DNA of 64,000 nt from Pyrinomonadaceae bacterium (GCA_044228165.1 JBGAVK010000009.1:2998-66997), one strand, 5' to 3'; counted from the stretch's first letter, positions 1-9,336 are shown. Program-made: numbers and translations. Notes: generated from the letters alone by a model not told the origin.

Positions 1-335
1 TCACACCGGCGACACGCCTCGGCGGCCATATTGTCCAGGGACATGTCGATGGACGCGGGACTTTTATCTCGGCGGTCGCAACTGGCGATTTCTGGACGGT
101 ACGGATCGGTTTCCCGCCGGATCTCGCACAATATTTCGTCCACAAAGGCTCAGTCTGCGTCGAAGGCATCTCACTAACCATCGCCGCTCTCGATGAAGCG
201 TCATTCGACATCGCCGTCATCCCAAAAACCTGGGAAATGACAAACCTCTCTGCTTTAACGCCAGGCGACCCCGTCAACCTTGAAGCCGACGTCATCGCCA
301 AATACGTCGAGCGAATGCTCGAATTCAGAAATTAA
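1..335 (+). CDS. ribE: riboflavin synthase, C-terminal part (5' end outside the window; first full codon starts at base 3)
   Basis: My own translation gives [18 protein letters not shown]...[63 protein letters not shown], with stop TAA at 333-335. This is a typical second lumazine-binding repeat of RibE/RibC. It is absent from the ORF track because the start lies outside the window. Confidence 0.85.
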   Translation, partial: TPATRLGGHIVQGHVDGRGTFISAVATGDFWTVRIGFPPDLAQYFVHKGSVCVEGISLTIAALDEASFDIAVIPKTWEMTNLSALTPGDPVNLEADVIAKYVERMLEFRN

Positions 336-338
336 TCT

Positions 339-518
339 ATGGACGACAAATACCAGATCAGCAAACCGCAAAAGCCGCAGAACAGGACCGAGGAATTGCA
401 GCTACAGATCGAAGACCTCGTTAAGCTCCGCGACCGTTCAAACAGCCTCGCCGAAAAACAAAAACTCAACGCCGAGATCACCAAACTATTTGCCCAATAC
501 GAGCGGTCAAAGATATAA
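339..518 (+). CDS. small charged coiled-coil-like hypothetical protein (59 aa)
   Basis: ATG at 339 lies 4 nt after the ribE stop. Translation is MDDKYQISKPQKPQNRTEELQLQIEDLVKLRDRSNSLAEKQKLNAEITKLFAQYERSKI. It falls just below the ORF-track length cutoff. No family recognised. Confidence 0.35.
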   Translation: MDDKYQISKPQKPQNRTEELQLQIEDLVKLRDRSNSLAEKQKLNAEITKLFAQYERSKI

Positions 519-548
519 CGTATTTGTGCGTTCGCCCGCTATGCAGGC

Positions 549-782
549 TCAATAAAGATCAAATGCTGCTCGTGAGATCGCAATGATGTGCAACGAGACG
601 CCAAAAGCTCCGAGTGCGGCCACACAGCATCCGAATGTAAATATCGAAATACGCGTGTAGTTCACCGATTTGGTGCCGAGGCGTTTTAGGAGGTTTCCGA
701 TCCGTCCGCTTGCGAGCATGAGCAGGCTGCCGACGATCAGGTAGCCTGTGACGATCAATAAGCTTGCGTAGAAACCTCTCAT
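549..782 (-). CDS. small membrane protein (two predicted TM helices), last gene after pilC
   Basis: 77-aa ORF with two hydrophobic stretches (LLIVTGYLIVGSLLMLA and FTFGCCVAALGAFGVSL). It starts 13 nt downstream of the pilC stop on the same strand. Confidence 0.4.
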   Translation of the reverse strand: MRGFYASLLIVTGYLIVGSLLMLASGRIGNLLKRLGTKSVNYTRISIFTFGCCVAALGAFGVSLHIIAISRAAFDLY

Positions 783-794
783 AAATTTTCCTTA

Positions 795-2027
795 CTACTT
801 CGCTCCGCCTGAGAGTTTTCCGATGAGCGAGAATAGCGGCAGGTACATCGAGATGACGATCGAACCGATGGTCACACCGAGGAACGCGATCAGTACGGGC
901 TCCATCAATCCGAGCAGATCGGCGATTGCCGTATCGACCTCTTCTTCGTAAAAATCAGCGATCTTGCCGAGCATGGCGTCCAACGCACCGGTCTGTTCAC
1001 CGACGCCGATCATCTGGCCGACCATGTGAGGGAATACGTTTGTCGCCTTGAGCGGATCGACAAAATTTTCACCGCGTTCAACACCGGCACGGACCTTGAG
1101 GATGGCATCTTCGATGATGACGTTACCGGCGGTCTTTGCCGTGATATCTAGCGATTGCAGGATCGGCACGCCAGAGGAAAGCAGCGTCGAGAGGATACGT
1201 GAAAAACGTGCAACGGCGACCTTTCGCAGGATGCTGCCAAAGATGGGCGTCTTTAATAGCAAAGCGTCGATCTGCCACTTGCCCTTTGGCGTGGCGTAGT
1301 AAAACTTGAGTGCAACGCCGCTGCCGATCAAGGTTATAAGCACAGCCAGGCCGCCCCAACCGGCGATAAAGCCGCTAATCCCCATGACGATACGCGTCGG
1401 CAGAGGCAACGCTTCGCCCGGTCCTAACAGGCCGAGAAAGATCTGTTGAAACTGCGGGATAACGACGATCATGATGATCGCGATGGCCCCGATGGCGACC
1501 GTGATAACGGCTGCCGGATAGATCGATGCCGAGACGATCGAGCGTTTGAGTTTAACGACCTTTTCGATCAACGTCGCGAGACGCTGGAGGATCAGATCGA
1601 GCACACCGCCCGTTTCACCGGCTTCGACCATGTGGGTGTAGAGATTGTCGAAAACTTTCGGGTGCTTTTCGAGGGCAGCGAAAAGCGTCGAACCTTCCTC
1701 AACATTCTGACGAACCTGACGGAGCACATCTTTGAAAAAAGCGTTTTGCTGCTGTTCGCCGAGGATGTCGATACACTGCACGAGCGGCAGACCGGCATCG
1801 ATCATCACGGAGAACTGACGCGTAAAGACAGCCAGCTCTTTGGCCTTGACCTTTTTACGGCGGCCGAGCTTTGGAATAGCGATCTCGCGGCCCTTTTCAT
1901 TGGCCTGCGTCATGACGATCTGCTCGCGGCGGAGCAGGGCACGCAACTCGTCCTGATTGGCGGCTTCTTTTTCGCCGGCGACGAGTTCGTTCAAACGATT
2001 TCTTCCCTTAAAAGCGTATGTAGGCAT
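795..2027 (-). CDS. pilC: type IV pilus assembly platform protein PilC (GspF family)
   Basis: 410 aa. It has two T2SS-F repeats (FTRQFSVMIDAGLPLVQCIDIL and FSRILSTLLSSGVPILQSLDI) and three hydrophobic segments. ATG at 2027. Confidence 0.93.
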   Translation of the reverse strand: MPTYAFKGRNRLNELVAGEKEAANQDELRALLRREQIVMTQANEKGREIAIPKLGRRKKVKAKELAVFTRQFSVMIDAGLPLVQCIDILGEQQQNAFFKDVLRQVRQNVEEGSTLFAALEKHPKVFDNLYTHMVEAGETGGVLDLILQRLATLIEKVVKLKRSIVSASIYPAAVITVAIGAIAIIMIVVIPQFQQIFLGLLGPGEALPLPTRIVMGISGFIAGWGGLAVLITLIGSGVALKFYYATPKGKWQIDALLLKTPIFGSILRKVAVARFSRILSTLLSSGVPILQSLDITAKTAGNVIIEDAILKVRAGVERGENFVDPLKATNVFPHMVGQMIGVGEQTGALDAMLGKIADFYEEEVDTAIADLLGLMEPVLIAFLGVTIGSIVISMYLPLFSLIGKLSGGAK

Positions 2028-2049
2028 GATTTACTCCAAAAAAAAATTC

Positions 2050-3255
2050 TTAACGCGGGCGTTCACCGATGTTGCGGGCCTGGGCGTACGGGCTGCCGTT
2101 GGCGGGCGGACGTGTCGCCGGGCGGGCATTGCCGGCGTAAGCGTCGTTAAGGCCCGAACCACGGTCGATCAATTCTTTCAGCTCGTCGGCGTTAGACGAA
2201 CGCTGCATCGCCGCCTCGAGCGTGATCTGCTTTTTGTGATAAAGCGTCGCGAGAGACTGGTTGAACGTCTGCATACCAAATTTGTCCTGTCCGGTCTGCA
2301 TCATCGAGTAGATCTGATGGATCTTGTCCTCGCGGATCAGGTTGCGGATCGCGGCATTTGGCACGAGGATCTCAAGCGCCATACAGCGGCCGTCGCCCGA
2401 TGCTTTTGGCACGAGGGCTTGGCACATGATGCCTTCGAGCACTAGCGAAAGCTGCGTGCGAACCTGTGATTGTTGCCCAGCTGGAAACACGTCGATGATT
2501 CGGTTGATGGTTGAATACGCCGAGTTTGTATGTAGCGTGGCAAAGGTCAAATGACCCGTTTCTGCGATTCGCAGGGCCATTTCGATGGTTTCAAGATCGC
2601 GCATTTCGCCGACCAGAACAACATCAGGGTCCTGGCGAAGTGCGGTTCTCAGGGCCGCTCCGAATGAGTGTGTGTCGGCGGCGACCTCACGTTGGTTGAC
2701 AACACAGTTTTTATGATTGTGGAGGAATTCGATCGGGTCTTCGATCGTCAGGATATGCTCTTTGCGTTCGACGTTGATCTTGTCGATCATCGACGCAAGC
2801 GTAGTCGATTTACCCGAACCGGTCGGTCCGGTCACGAGGATCAATCCACGCGGCTTTTTGCAAAGATCAGAGACGATCGGCGGCAAGCCGAGAGCTTCGA
2901 ATGTTTTGATCTCGTACGGGATCGCACGAAACACAGCACCGACCGCACCTTTCTGGTTAAAGATGTTGGCACGAAAACGCGACATTCCTTTGAGGCCGAA
3001 CGAAAAGTCGAGTTCGAGGTTTTCCTCAAACCGGTGCTTTTGCGCGTCCGTCAAAACGGAATAAGCGAGCCGTTTGGTGTCGGACGGCGTCAGTACAGGG
3101 AACCCGGAAAGCGGGGCCAGGTGTCCGTGTACGCGAACTTGCGGGGCGGAGTTGGTCGATAGGTGCAGGTCGGACCCGCCCTGATCTGTCATTTTTTTGA
3201 GCAGATCAGGCAGCGTGACCGATGATTCGACGGATGTTTGGTTTTCGTAGCTCAT
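2050..3255 (-). CDS. pilT: twitching-motility retraction ATPase PilT
   Basis: Walker A GPTGSGKSTT, Asp box DPDVVLVGEMRD, His box TGHLTFATLHT. There are short N- and C-terminal extensions relative to canonical PilT. Confidence 0.92.
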   Translation of the reverse strand: MSYENQTSVESSVTLPDLLKKMTDQGGSDLHLSTNSAPQVRVHGHLAPLSGFPVLTPSDTKRLAYSVLTDAQKHRFEENLELDFSFGLKGMSRFRANIFNQKGAVGAVFRAIPYEIKTFEALGLPPIVSDLCKKPRGLILVTGPTGSGKSTTLASMIDKINVERKEHILTIEDPIEFLHNHKNCVVNQREVAADTHSFGAALRTALRQDPDVVLVGEMRDLETIEMALRIAETGHLTFATLHTNSAYSTINRIIDVFPAGQQSQVRTQLSLVLEGIMCQALVPKASGDGRCMALEILVPNAAIRNLIREDKIHQIYSMMQTGQDKFGMQTFNQSLATLYHKKQITLEAAMQRSSNADELKELIDRGSGLNDAYAGNARPATRPPANGSPYAQARNIGERPR

Positions 3256-3279
3256 AATTTTAATGGGAGCAGGGTGGGG

Positions 3280-4092
3280 TTAATCTTTGAGGGCCGCCCG
3301 CTGTGTGCCGCGAACGCGGGTTTTGAGCGAGTTGATGACCTTTTCCGATTCCTCGGCGAGGCGTTCGGCTTCCTGGACGGGTGAGTTGGTCGCTACACTA
3401 TAGATCTTGCCGTCAACCTCTGTGAAATAGAACATACGCTGATTGACCGCGCCGTTCTTTGCCTGAGACTGAGCGACGACGACATAAACTTGCTGTCCGT
3501 CGATCTCCTTTTGGTAATCGTTGACGACCCAGCCATTTTCGCGGATCATCTTGTCGATCACATCGCGGCGAAGTGCGGTCGTTGCGACGCCGCCGACGGA
3601 TTTGCTGCGATTGTAATCGCCGGGCTGATCCTGTGCCGGCCCGAGGACCGCGATCGATGCCGAACCGACCTGATCGCCGGCCGAATTATCAACGCGGAAT
3701 TTTAGTTCCGCCGGTGACGAAGCCGCAGGGCTCCAACCGCTTGGTGCAGCATCGCCTGACGGCAAAACGGCCTTTGCGGCATCAGCTCTCTGAAGTTTGG
3801 CGACCGTCGGTTTCGTGGTGTTTTCGCCGTTATTGCGTTCCGCGGCACGGGCACGTGCCAGACGCAGTTGACGCAGCCTGAGAGCACGTTTGCGGGCCTG
3901 CATGGCCTTTTTACGCTTCATGCGGGCTCGGTACTGACGCCACCAGCCCTTAGAATATTTTTTGTACTTTTTGGCTTTGCGATGCTTGCGCTTATGACGC
4001 GGCCCCGCCTCAGTGCTGTCGGTCGCGAGCGGTATTAGCGTCGCTCCGCCGATCAAAAGTGCCAATGATAATGCTATTGCCCTGACTAACAT
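3280..4092 (-). CDS. secreted hypothetical protein with an extremely Lys/Arg-rich segment, embedded between pilB and pilT
   Basis: 270 aa. A signal-like N-terminus (LALLIGGATLIPLA) is followed by HKRKHRKAKKYKKYSKGWWRQYRARMKRKKAMQARKRALRLRQLRLARARAAE and then a globular C-terminal half. Same strand and tight spacing within the pil operon. Confidence 0.6.
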   Translation of the reverse strand: MLVRAIALSLALLIGGATLIPLATDSTEAGPRHKRKHRKAKKYKKYSKGWWRQYRARMKRKKAMQARKRALRLRQLRLARARAAERNNGENTTKPTVAKLQRADAAKAVLPSGDAAPSGWSPAASSPAELKFRVDNSAGDQVGSASIAVLGPAQDQPGDYNRSKSVGGVATTALRRDVIDKMIRENGWVVNDYQKEIDGQQVYVVVAQSQAKNGAVNQRMFYFTEVDGKIYSVATNSPVQEAERLAEESEKVINSLKTRVRGTQRAALKD

Positions 4093-4190
4093 ATTTCCTC
4101 CAAAAACCTATATGACCGTTTCCTTAACAACTTCTTCGATCGTGGTGATGCCCTGGCGGATCTTGCACAAGCCTGATTCGCGTAGGGTGA

Positions 4191-5960
4191 TCATTCCCAG
4201 ATCGATCGCTTTTCTCCGTAATTCCATTGCTGGCGCCCTATGATGAGTTCGTGGGAGTTGTCGGTGATCTCCATGACCTCATAAAGTCCGACACGGCCCT
4301 TATAGCCCGTCTGATTACAGACCGAGCAGCCCTTGCCCTTGTAAAGTTTCAGATCACCTGCCTCTTCACGTGAGAAACCGACCTCGATGAGCCCCTCGAC
4401 CGGCATGCTTGTCTCTTCTTTACACTCGCTGCAGACGCGGCGGATCAGCCTCTGTGCCTGGATGATATTGACCGACGTTGTGACCAGAAACGGCTCGATA
4501 CCCATGTTGACGAGACGCGAAACCGTCGATGGAGCGTCGTTAGTATGCAGCGTCGAGAGAACAAGGTGGCCTGTAAGTGCGGCCTTGATCGCGATCTCGG
4601 CGGTCTCAAAGTCACGGATTTCGCCGACGAGAACGATGTTAGGATCCTGTCGCAGGAACGAGCGAAGAGCGGCGGCAAAGTTGAGCCCGATCTGCTCTTT
4701 CATCTGGACCTGGTTGATGCCCTGCAGGTTAAATTCGACCGGATCTTCGGCCGTCATGATATTTGTCTCTGACGTATTCAGAGCTTGAAGAGCGGAGTAC
4801 AGGGTGTTCGTTTTACCCGAACCTGTCGGGCCGGTGACGAGCACCATGCCGTAAGGATTTGCGATCGCACGTTTGAATTTGTCGAGGCTCTCCTGCTCAA
4901 AACCGAGCTTGGTCATGTCGAGCATGAGCTTGTCTTTATCAAGCAGACGGAGCACGACCTTTTCGCCAAACAGCGTCGGCAGGGTCGAGACACGAAAATC
5001 GAGTTCGCGCGAGCGGTTGTCGATCTTTACCTTGATCTTGATGCGGCCATCCTGCGGCAGGCGTTTCTCGGAAATGTCGAGTTTCGCCATGATCTTAAGA
5101 CGCGAGATAAGCGGATCGCGGATCTTGAGGGGCGGATGCATCACGTCATATAGGACACCGTCAATACGGAAACGGATGCGGAAATCTTTTTCGTATGGCT
5201 CGACGTGAATATCAGACGCTCCGCGGCGAAGCGAATCGACCATCAGCACGTTGACCAGCCGGACGACCGGAGCGTCTTCGCTGGCTCTTGCAAGAGCGGC
5301 GAGATCGATCTCGTCTTTTTCCTCGACGATCTCAAAATCTTCGGGGTCGCCGCCGCCAAATTCAAAGCGGTCGAGTGACACATCGAGGTCAGAGGCGGAC
5401 AGCTTTTCAGACGGATCGGCCTTGAAGCCGCTCAATGTCTTGGCTCCGGCACCTTTCGAACCGTTACGGCCGTTGATAGCACCGGCGGCTTCGGTCTCGA
5501 CGGCAAACGCGGCGTCGAAAATATCGATCTCGCTCGAACCGCTGTAATATTTCGAGATCGCAAACATGATCGACGTCTCGGACGCGATCACGGGTTCGAC
5601 ATTTAGCCCGGTCATGAACTTGATATCGTCCATGGCAAAGACGTTGGTCGGGTCGGCCATCGCCATCGTGAGCGTGGCTCCGACCTTAGAGATCGGCAGC
5701 ACCGAATATTTTTGTGCGACCTCCTCAGAGATCAGTTTGATAACGTCTTTTTCGATCTGAAAGAGGTCGAGGTTGATGGACGGCACACCATATTGGCGGG
5801 ACAGGACTGCGGTAACGACGTCGTCCGAGACAAAACCCAGCTTGACTAGGTTCGATCCCAAACGGCCGCCGTGCTCACGCTGGTACTCCAGCGTCTCGCG
5901 CAGCTGCTGCGACGTGATCAGATTTTCGCGGACTAGGATTTCACCAAGTTTTGCTGACAT
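4191..5960 (-). CDS. pilB: type IV pilus extension ATPase PilB (GspE family), 3' end frameshifted
   Basis: MshEN-like N-terminal domain, Walker A GPTGSGKTNT, DPNIVLVGEIRD, TGHLVLSTLHTND and a Cys cluster (CSECKEE...CSVC). The likely start is ATG 5960 (MSAKLGEILV), not TTG 6005. The conserved tail APAMELRRKAIDLGMITLRESGLCKIRQGITTIEEVVKETVI is encoded in the -1 frame down to stop 4108-4110. Confidence 0.9.
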   Translation of the reverse strand: MSAKLGEILVRENLITSQQLRETLEYQREHGGRLGSNLVKLGFVSDDVVTAVLSRQYGVPSINLDLFQIEKDVIKLISEEVAQKYSVLPISKVGATLTMAMADPTNVFAMDDIKFMTGLNVEPVIASETSIMFAISKYYSGSSEIDIFDAAFAVETEAAGAINGRNGSKGAGAKTLSGFKADPSEKLSASDLDVSLDRFEFGGGDPEDFEIVEEKDEIDLAALARASEDAPVVRLVNVLMVDSLRRGASDIHVEPYEKDFRIRFRIDGVLYDVMHPPLKIRDPLISRLKIMAKLDISEKRLPQDGRIKIKVKIDNRSRELDFRVSTLPTLFGEKVVLRLLDKDKLMLDMTKLGFEQESLDKFKRAIANPYGMVLVTGPTGSGKTNTLYSALQALNTSETNIMTAEDPVEFNLQGINQVQMKEQIGLNFAAALRSFLRQDPNIVLVGEIRDFETAEIAIKAALTGHLVLSTLHTNDAPSTVSRLVNMGIEPFLVTTSVNIIQAQRLIRRVCSECKEETSMPVEGLIEVGFSREEAGDLKLYKGKGCSVCNQTGYKGRVGLYEVMEITDNSHELIIGRQQWNYGEKRSIWE

Positions 5961-6089
5961 TGTAGTTTCTGCGGGGCCCTCTGCCTCTGAAAAAAACCCG
6001 GGCAAAGGGTGAGTTTACTAAGAGGATATTCGGTCTATTTGATCGAGAGGTGCTATATGGAAAACAGTGACAAACACTGTTGACTCCTA

Positions 6090-6119
6090 ATAATACATTG
6101 TTAAACTCACGAGTGTCAA
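6090..6119 (-). promoter_or_regulatory. candidate sigma70-type promoter for pilB
   Basis: The minus strand reads TTGACA (6119-6114), an 18-nt spacer, then TATTAT (6095-6090), about 130 nt upstream of the pilB ATG. It sits within a TGTTGAC...GTCAACA inverted repeat. Confidence 0.35.
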
Positions 6120-6168
6120 CAATTCTTTTGAGTGTAAGGCAAGGAATTTTTCGGTCAGATTGACCTGA

Positions 6169-7125
6169 TTACTGATCGGCTAGGTCCTTTTTGAGCTGGA
6201 CGATGAAAGAGCGGACGGCTGTTGCCTCGACGGCGTTGGGGAAAATGGTGAGAAATTCTTCGTACACGGCGATGGCGTCGGCGTATTTTTTCTCGCGTTC
6301 ATAGACGAGGCCGAGCAATTGCATTATGACCATCGTGTCCGGGGAACCGGCGAGTTGTTTGACGGCGGATTTTAGATATTTGGCAGACTCGACGTAATTG
6401 ACGCCCTCATTTTCAAAATCACCAGATCCGCCAAAGCCTTCGGCCTTTTCCTTGTATAAAAGCCCAAGCCCCGCATACGCCTCCGGCTGAAAGCCCTTGC
6501 CCTCGGTGATGGCTCGTTTGAATGTTGCTATCGCCTTATCTTCCTCACCTCCCTCTTTATAAATGCGGCCCATCACCGCGGATGCCTCGGCAAAGCCGGG
6601 ACGGAGCTTCCGGGCGGAGGCGATGGCCGCCTCGGCCAGATCGAGATCGCCGAGCTCGGTTAGGACACGGGCTAGAGCAACGTATGCGTCCGGATAATTT
6701 GGCCGCAGCTTGATAGCTTTTTCATACGCTTCGACGGCTTTGTCGCGATCAACGGATAGGAGCCGCTCGGCCTCCTGAAAGGAAAGCTCCGCTTCGTCGG
6801 TAGTTTTTACAAGGTCGATCTTGATCTCGCCTTTTTGCGTTGCCGCGAGCGGCTGTGTCTTTTCCTTAAAGCCATCCGCCCGTACGCGTAGAGTATGCCC
6901 GCCAGCAGCGACGGTCTTGATGGTCAGCTTACCTGCCTTGTCAGTCGTGCCATATTTGACGCCGTCGATCCATACGCCCGAGCTAGGCTGTGTGCTGATA
7001 GTGACCGACCGATATGCGGTCGCGGCGGGTTTCTTGGCCTGAGCCAAAACAAACAAATTAGCGACCAACAACAGCGACGTGATCGAGAGCAATCTGAGCA
7101 TATTTCTATTTACCGCAACGGACAT
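6169..7125 (-). CDS. secreted PEGA-domain / TPR-repeat protein
   Basis: Signal peptide MLRLLSITSLLLVANLFVLAQA. PEGA-like segment ISTQPSSGVWIDGVKYGTTDKAGKLTIKTVAAGGHTLRVRADGF, then several TPR-like A/Y/L-rich repeats. The start is probably ATG 7125 or 7101 rather than 7266. Confidence 0.7.
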   Translation of the reverse strand: MSVAVNRNMLRLLSITSLLLVANLFVLAQAKKPAATAYRSVTISTQPSSGVWIDGVKYGTTDKAGKLTIKTVAAGGHTLRVRADGFKEKTQPLAATQKGEIKIDLVKTTDEAELSFQEAERLLSVDRDKAVEAYEKAIKLRPNYPDAYVALARVLTELGDLDLAEAAIASARKLRPGFAEASAVMGRIYKEGGEEDKAIATFKRAITEGKGFQPEAYAGLGLLYKEKAEGFGGSGDFENEGVNYVESAKYLKSAVKQLAGSPDTMVIMQLLGLVYEREKKYADAIAVYEEFLTIFPNAVEATAVRSFIVQLKKDLADQ

Positions 7126-7274
7126 AGACCTATTATATCTCAATATTTGACGACAAACGCTGCTCGCGGGTTGTGCCGCAAAATTAGCTGCCGGCGTTGG
7201 CGTTATCCAATGCAGAACCCACGAAACTGCACGCCTTGATTTTTTCGCATCAAAAACTATAATCAATTGTTTGT

Positions 7275-7351
7275 GGCTGGGTAGCTCAGCTGGTTAGAGC
7301 GCGGGATTCATAACCCCGAGGTCGAGTGTTCAAGTCCCTCTCCAGCCACCA
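7275..7351 (+). tRNA. tRNA with CAU anticodon (elongator Met or Ile2; not an initiator)
   Basis: Hand-folded cloverleaf: acceptor GGCTGGG/TCCAGCC, D arm GCTC-AGCTGGTTA-GAGC, anticodon loop TTCATAA, T loop TTCAAGT, discriminator A and encoded CCA. Positions 1-72 are paired, so it is not fMet-type. Two stem mismatches appear in my fold. Confidence 0.85.
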
Positions 7352-7363
7352 TTTTTCATTATC

Positions 7364-7389
7364 AAGACGGTTTTCGGCCGTCTTTTTTT
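7364..7389 (+). terminator. rho-independent terminator after the tRNA
   Basis: AAGACGG (7364-7370) pairs with CCGTCTT (7378-7384) and is followed by a T run. Confidence 0.6.
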
Positions 7390-7422
7390 ATTGTGTGAAG
7401 CGTAGTTGATGCAATCGGTCAA

Positions 7423-9327
7423 CTATTCTGCTCTCTCGGCAAGTTCGGCCCATCGGATCATGTCAAGGTCGAGTTGTTCGGTTAGACGTTGCTGTTCGGT
7501 GAAAAGTTCGTGGACCTTTCCCGCGTCGCTGGCGGCTGCGGCGAGCTCTTTTTCGATCTCGGGCAGGCGGGCCTCGGCGGCAGCGATGCTTTGTTCGAGC
7601 GACTCGAGTTCGCGGGATTCTTTGAAGGTGAGTTTTTTGGGCTTTGCCGGTTCAGCTTTCTCAGAAACGCTGTCATCGTTATTGGCTTTGTTGCCCTTAC
7701 TTACGTGCGGGCTACTGACGCGAGGCTCTTCCCGACCAATGGCGTCGAGATAGGCGGTGTAGTCGCCGGCGAATTCACGGACGTTGCCGCCGGGCTCAAA
7801 GCGAAAGACGTTTTCGATGGTTCGGTCGAGGAAATAGCGGTCGTGGCTGACGACGATGAGGGCACCGGCGAAATCGTCTAGATACTCTTCAAGGGCGATG
7901 AGTGTCGGGATGTCGAGGTCGTTGGTCGGCTCGTCGAGCAGCAGGACGTTGGGCGAGCCCATCAGTATCCTCAATAAATACAAGCGACGGCGTTCGCCGC
8001 CGGAGAGGTTGCCGATGACGGCGTACTGCGCGGCGGGCTCGAATAGAAAACGTTCGAGCATCTTGCCAGCCGTGATCTGGATGCCCTCGTTGGTAGTGAC
8101 GTATTCGGCGACATCGCGGATGTAATCGATGACACGCATCTCGTCGTTGAGCGCACGGCTTTCCTGATCGTAATAGCCGATGTGGACAGTCTGGCCGATG
8201 TCGATATCTCCGCCGTCCGGAGCGATGCGGCCGGTTATCATGTCGAGCAGTGTCGTTTTTCCCGAACCATTTGCACCGATGATACCGATACGGTCGTTGC
8301 GTTTTAGCAGATAACTGAAATCGTCGATCAGCTTATTAGAGCTATACGATTTAGAAATACTGTTGATCTCGACAACCTTAGACCCGAGACGTTTTGAGCC
8401 GATGGCGATATCAACCTCGCCTCTGGCCTGTTCTTTGGGAACGGCCATTAGGTTGTGCGCGGCTTCGATACGGTGTTTGGATTTGCGTGTACGGGCCTTA
8501 GCTCCGCGGCGGAGCCAGGCAAGCTCTTTCTTAATAAGCTGATCGCGTTTATGGCCTTCGACCGCAAGCAGCTCTTCCTGTTCGGCTTTTTTCTCTAAGT
8601 AATAGGCATAGTTACCGCTAAAATTCTGCACCGTGCCTCGATCGACCTCAAGGATTCTATCGGTCACGCGGTCGAGAAAATAGCGGTCGTGCGTGACGAG
8701 CAGCAGCATTCCGGTATATCTTGCGAGATATTTTTCAAGCCACTCGATCGTGTCGGCGTCGAGGTGATTGGTCGGCTCGTCGAGAATAAGGATGTCTGGT
8801 TTAAAGATCAGCTCGTGGGCGAGAGCGACACGCTTACGCTGGCCGCCGGACAGGGCACCCATTTTGGCGGACGTGTCCGTGATGTCGAGTTTGGTCAGAA
8901 CCGAGCGAGCATTGGCCTCGATGTCCCAGCCGCCGTTTATCTCTAGGTCGTGCTGCAGATCGGACATCCGCTGGAGCGTCGCGGCATCCGATTTGCCGTC
9001 GGCAACTTCGTGACAGACTGCCTCGTAATCGCGGATCGTCTGCATCACTCCGCTGCTCGACGCAAAGATCGTTTCGAGCACGGTCAGCTCTGGGTCGTAC
9101 GCCGGATTTTGCGACAGATAGGCGAGCGTCTGGCCTTTGGCACGAGTAACGCGGCCTGTGTCCGGCAGCTCAACCCCTGCTATGATCCGCAAAAGTGTCG
9201 TCTTTCCGGAGCCGTTGGCGCCGATAATTCCGATCTTGTCGCGGTCTTCGAGACCGAGGGTGACATTTTCAAAAAGCGGTCTGAAGCCGTAGTTTTTCGA
9301 AATATTTTCGAGCGAGACTATATTCAT
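7423..9327 (-). CDS. ABC-F family ATPase (two NBDs, no TMD, C-terminal coiled coil)
   Basis: Two Walker A motifs (GANGSGKTTLL twice), two signature motifs (LSGGQRKRVALA and LSGGERRRLYLL), an inter-domain linker and an acidic/coiled-coil tail. Confidence 0.9.
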   Translation of the reverse strand: MNIVSLENISKNYGFRPLFENVTLGLEDRDKIGIIGANGSGKTTLLRIIAGVELPDTGRVTRAKGQTLAYLSQNPAYDPELTVLETIFASSSGVMQTIRDYEAVCHEVADGKSDAATLQRMSDLQHDLEINGGWDIEANARSVLTKLDITDTSAKMGALSGGQRKRVALAHELIFKPDILILDEPTNHLDADTIEWLEKYLARYTGMLLLVTHDRYFLDRVTDRILEVDRGTVQNFSGNYAYYLEKKAEQEELLAVEGHKRDQLIKKELAWLRRGAKARTRKSKHRIEAAHNLMAVPKEQARGEVDIAIGSKRLGSKVVEINSISKSYSSNKLIDDFSYLLKRNDRIGIIGANGSGKTTLLDMITGRIAPDGGDIDIGQTVHIGYYDQESRALNDEMRVIDYIRDVAEYVTTNEGIQITAGKMLERFLFEPAAQYAVIGNLSGGERRRLYLLRILMGSPNVLLLDEPTNDLDIPTLIALEEYLDDFAGALIVVSHDRYFLDRTIENVFRFEPGGNVREFAGDYTAYLDAIGREEPRVSSPHVSKGNKANNDDSVSEKAEPAKPKKLTFKESRELESLEQSIAAAEARLPEIEKELAAAASDAGKVHELFTEQQRLTEQLDLDMIRWAELAERAE

Positions 9328-9336
9328 AGGAGATGT

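Noticed and set aside
280-555. 91-aa track ORF spanning the ribE end and the downstream spacer
   Set aside because: It overlaps the clearly conserved ribE C-terminus in another frame and has Ser/Thr/Asn/Arg-rich non-protein-like composition. The region is better explained by ribE (1-335) plus a 59-aa ORF (339-518).
1446-2150. 234-aa plus-strand ORF antisense to pilC and pilT. Similar long antisense ORFs occur at 11534-12181, 26960-27700 and 55207-56250.
   Set aside because: These ORFs lie entirely opposite strongly conserved genes. They have Arg/Asp-rich or low-complexity composition typical of shadow ORFs in GC-biased coding DNA. None has motifs or a plausible start context.
4191-4245. Programmed -1 ribosomal frameshift in pilB
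   Set aside because: There is no slippery heptamer and no obvious downstream stimulatory structure at the shift site. A simple 1-nt indel is the more economical explanation.
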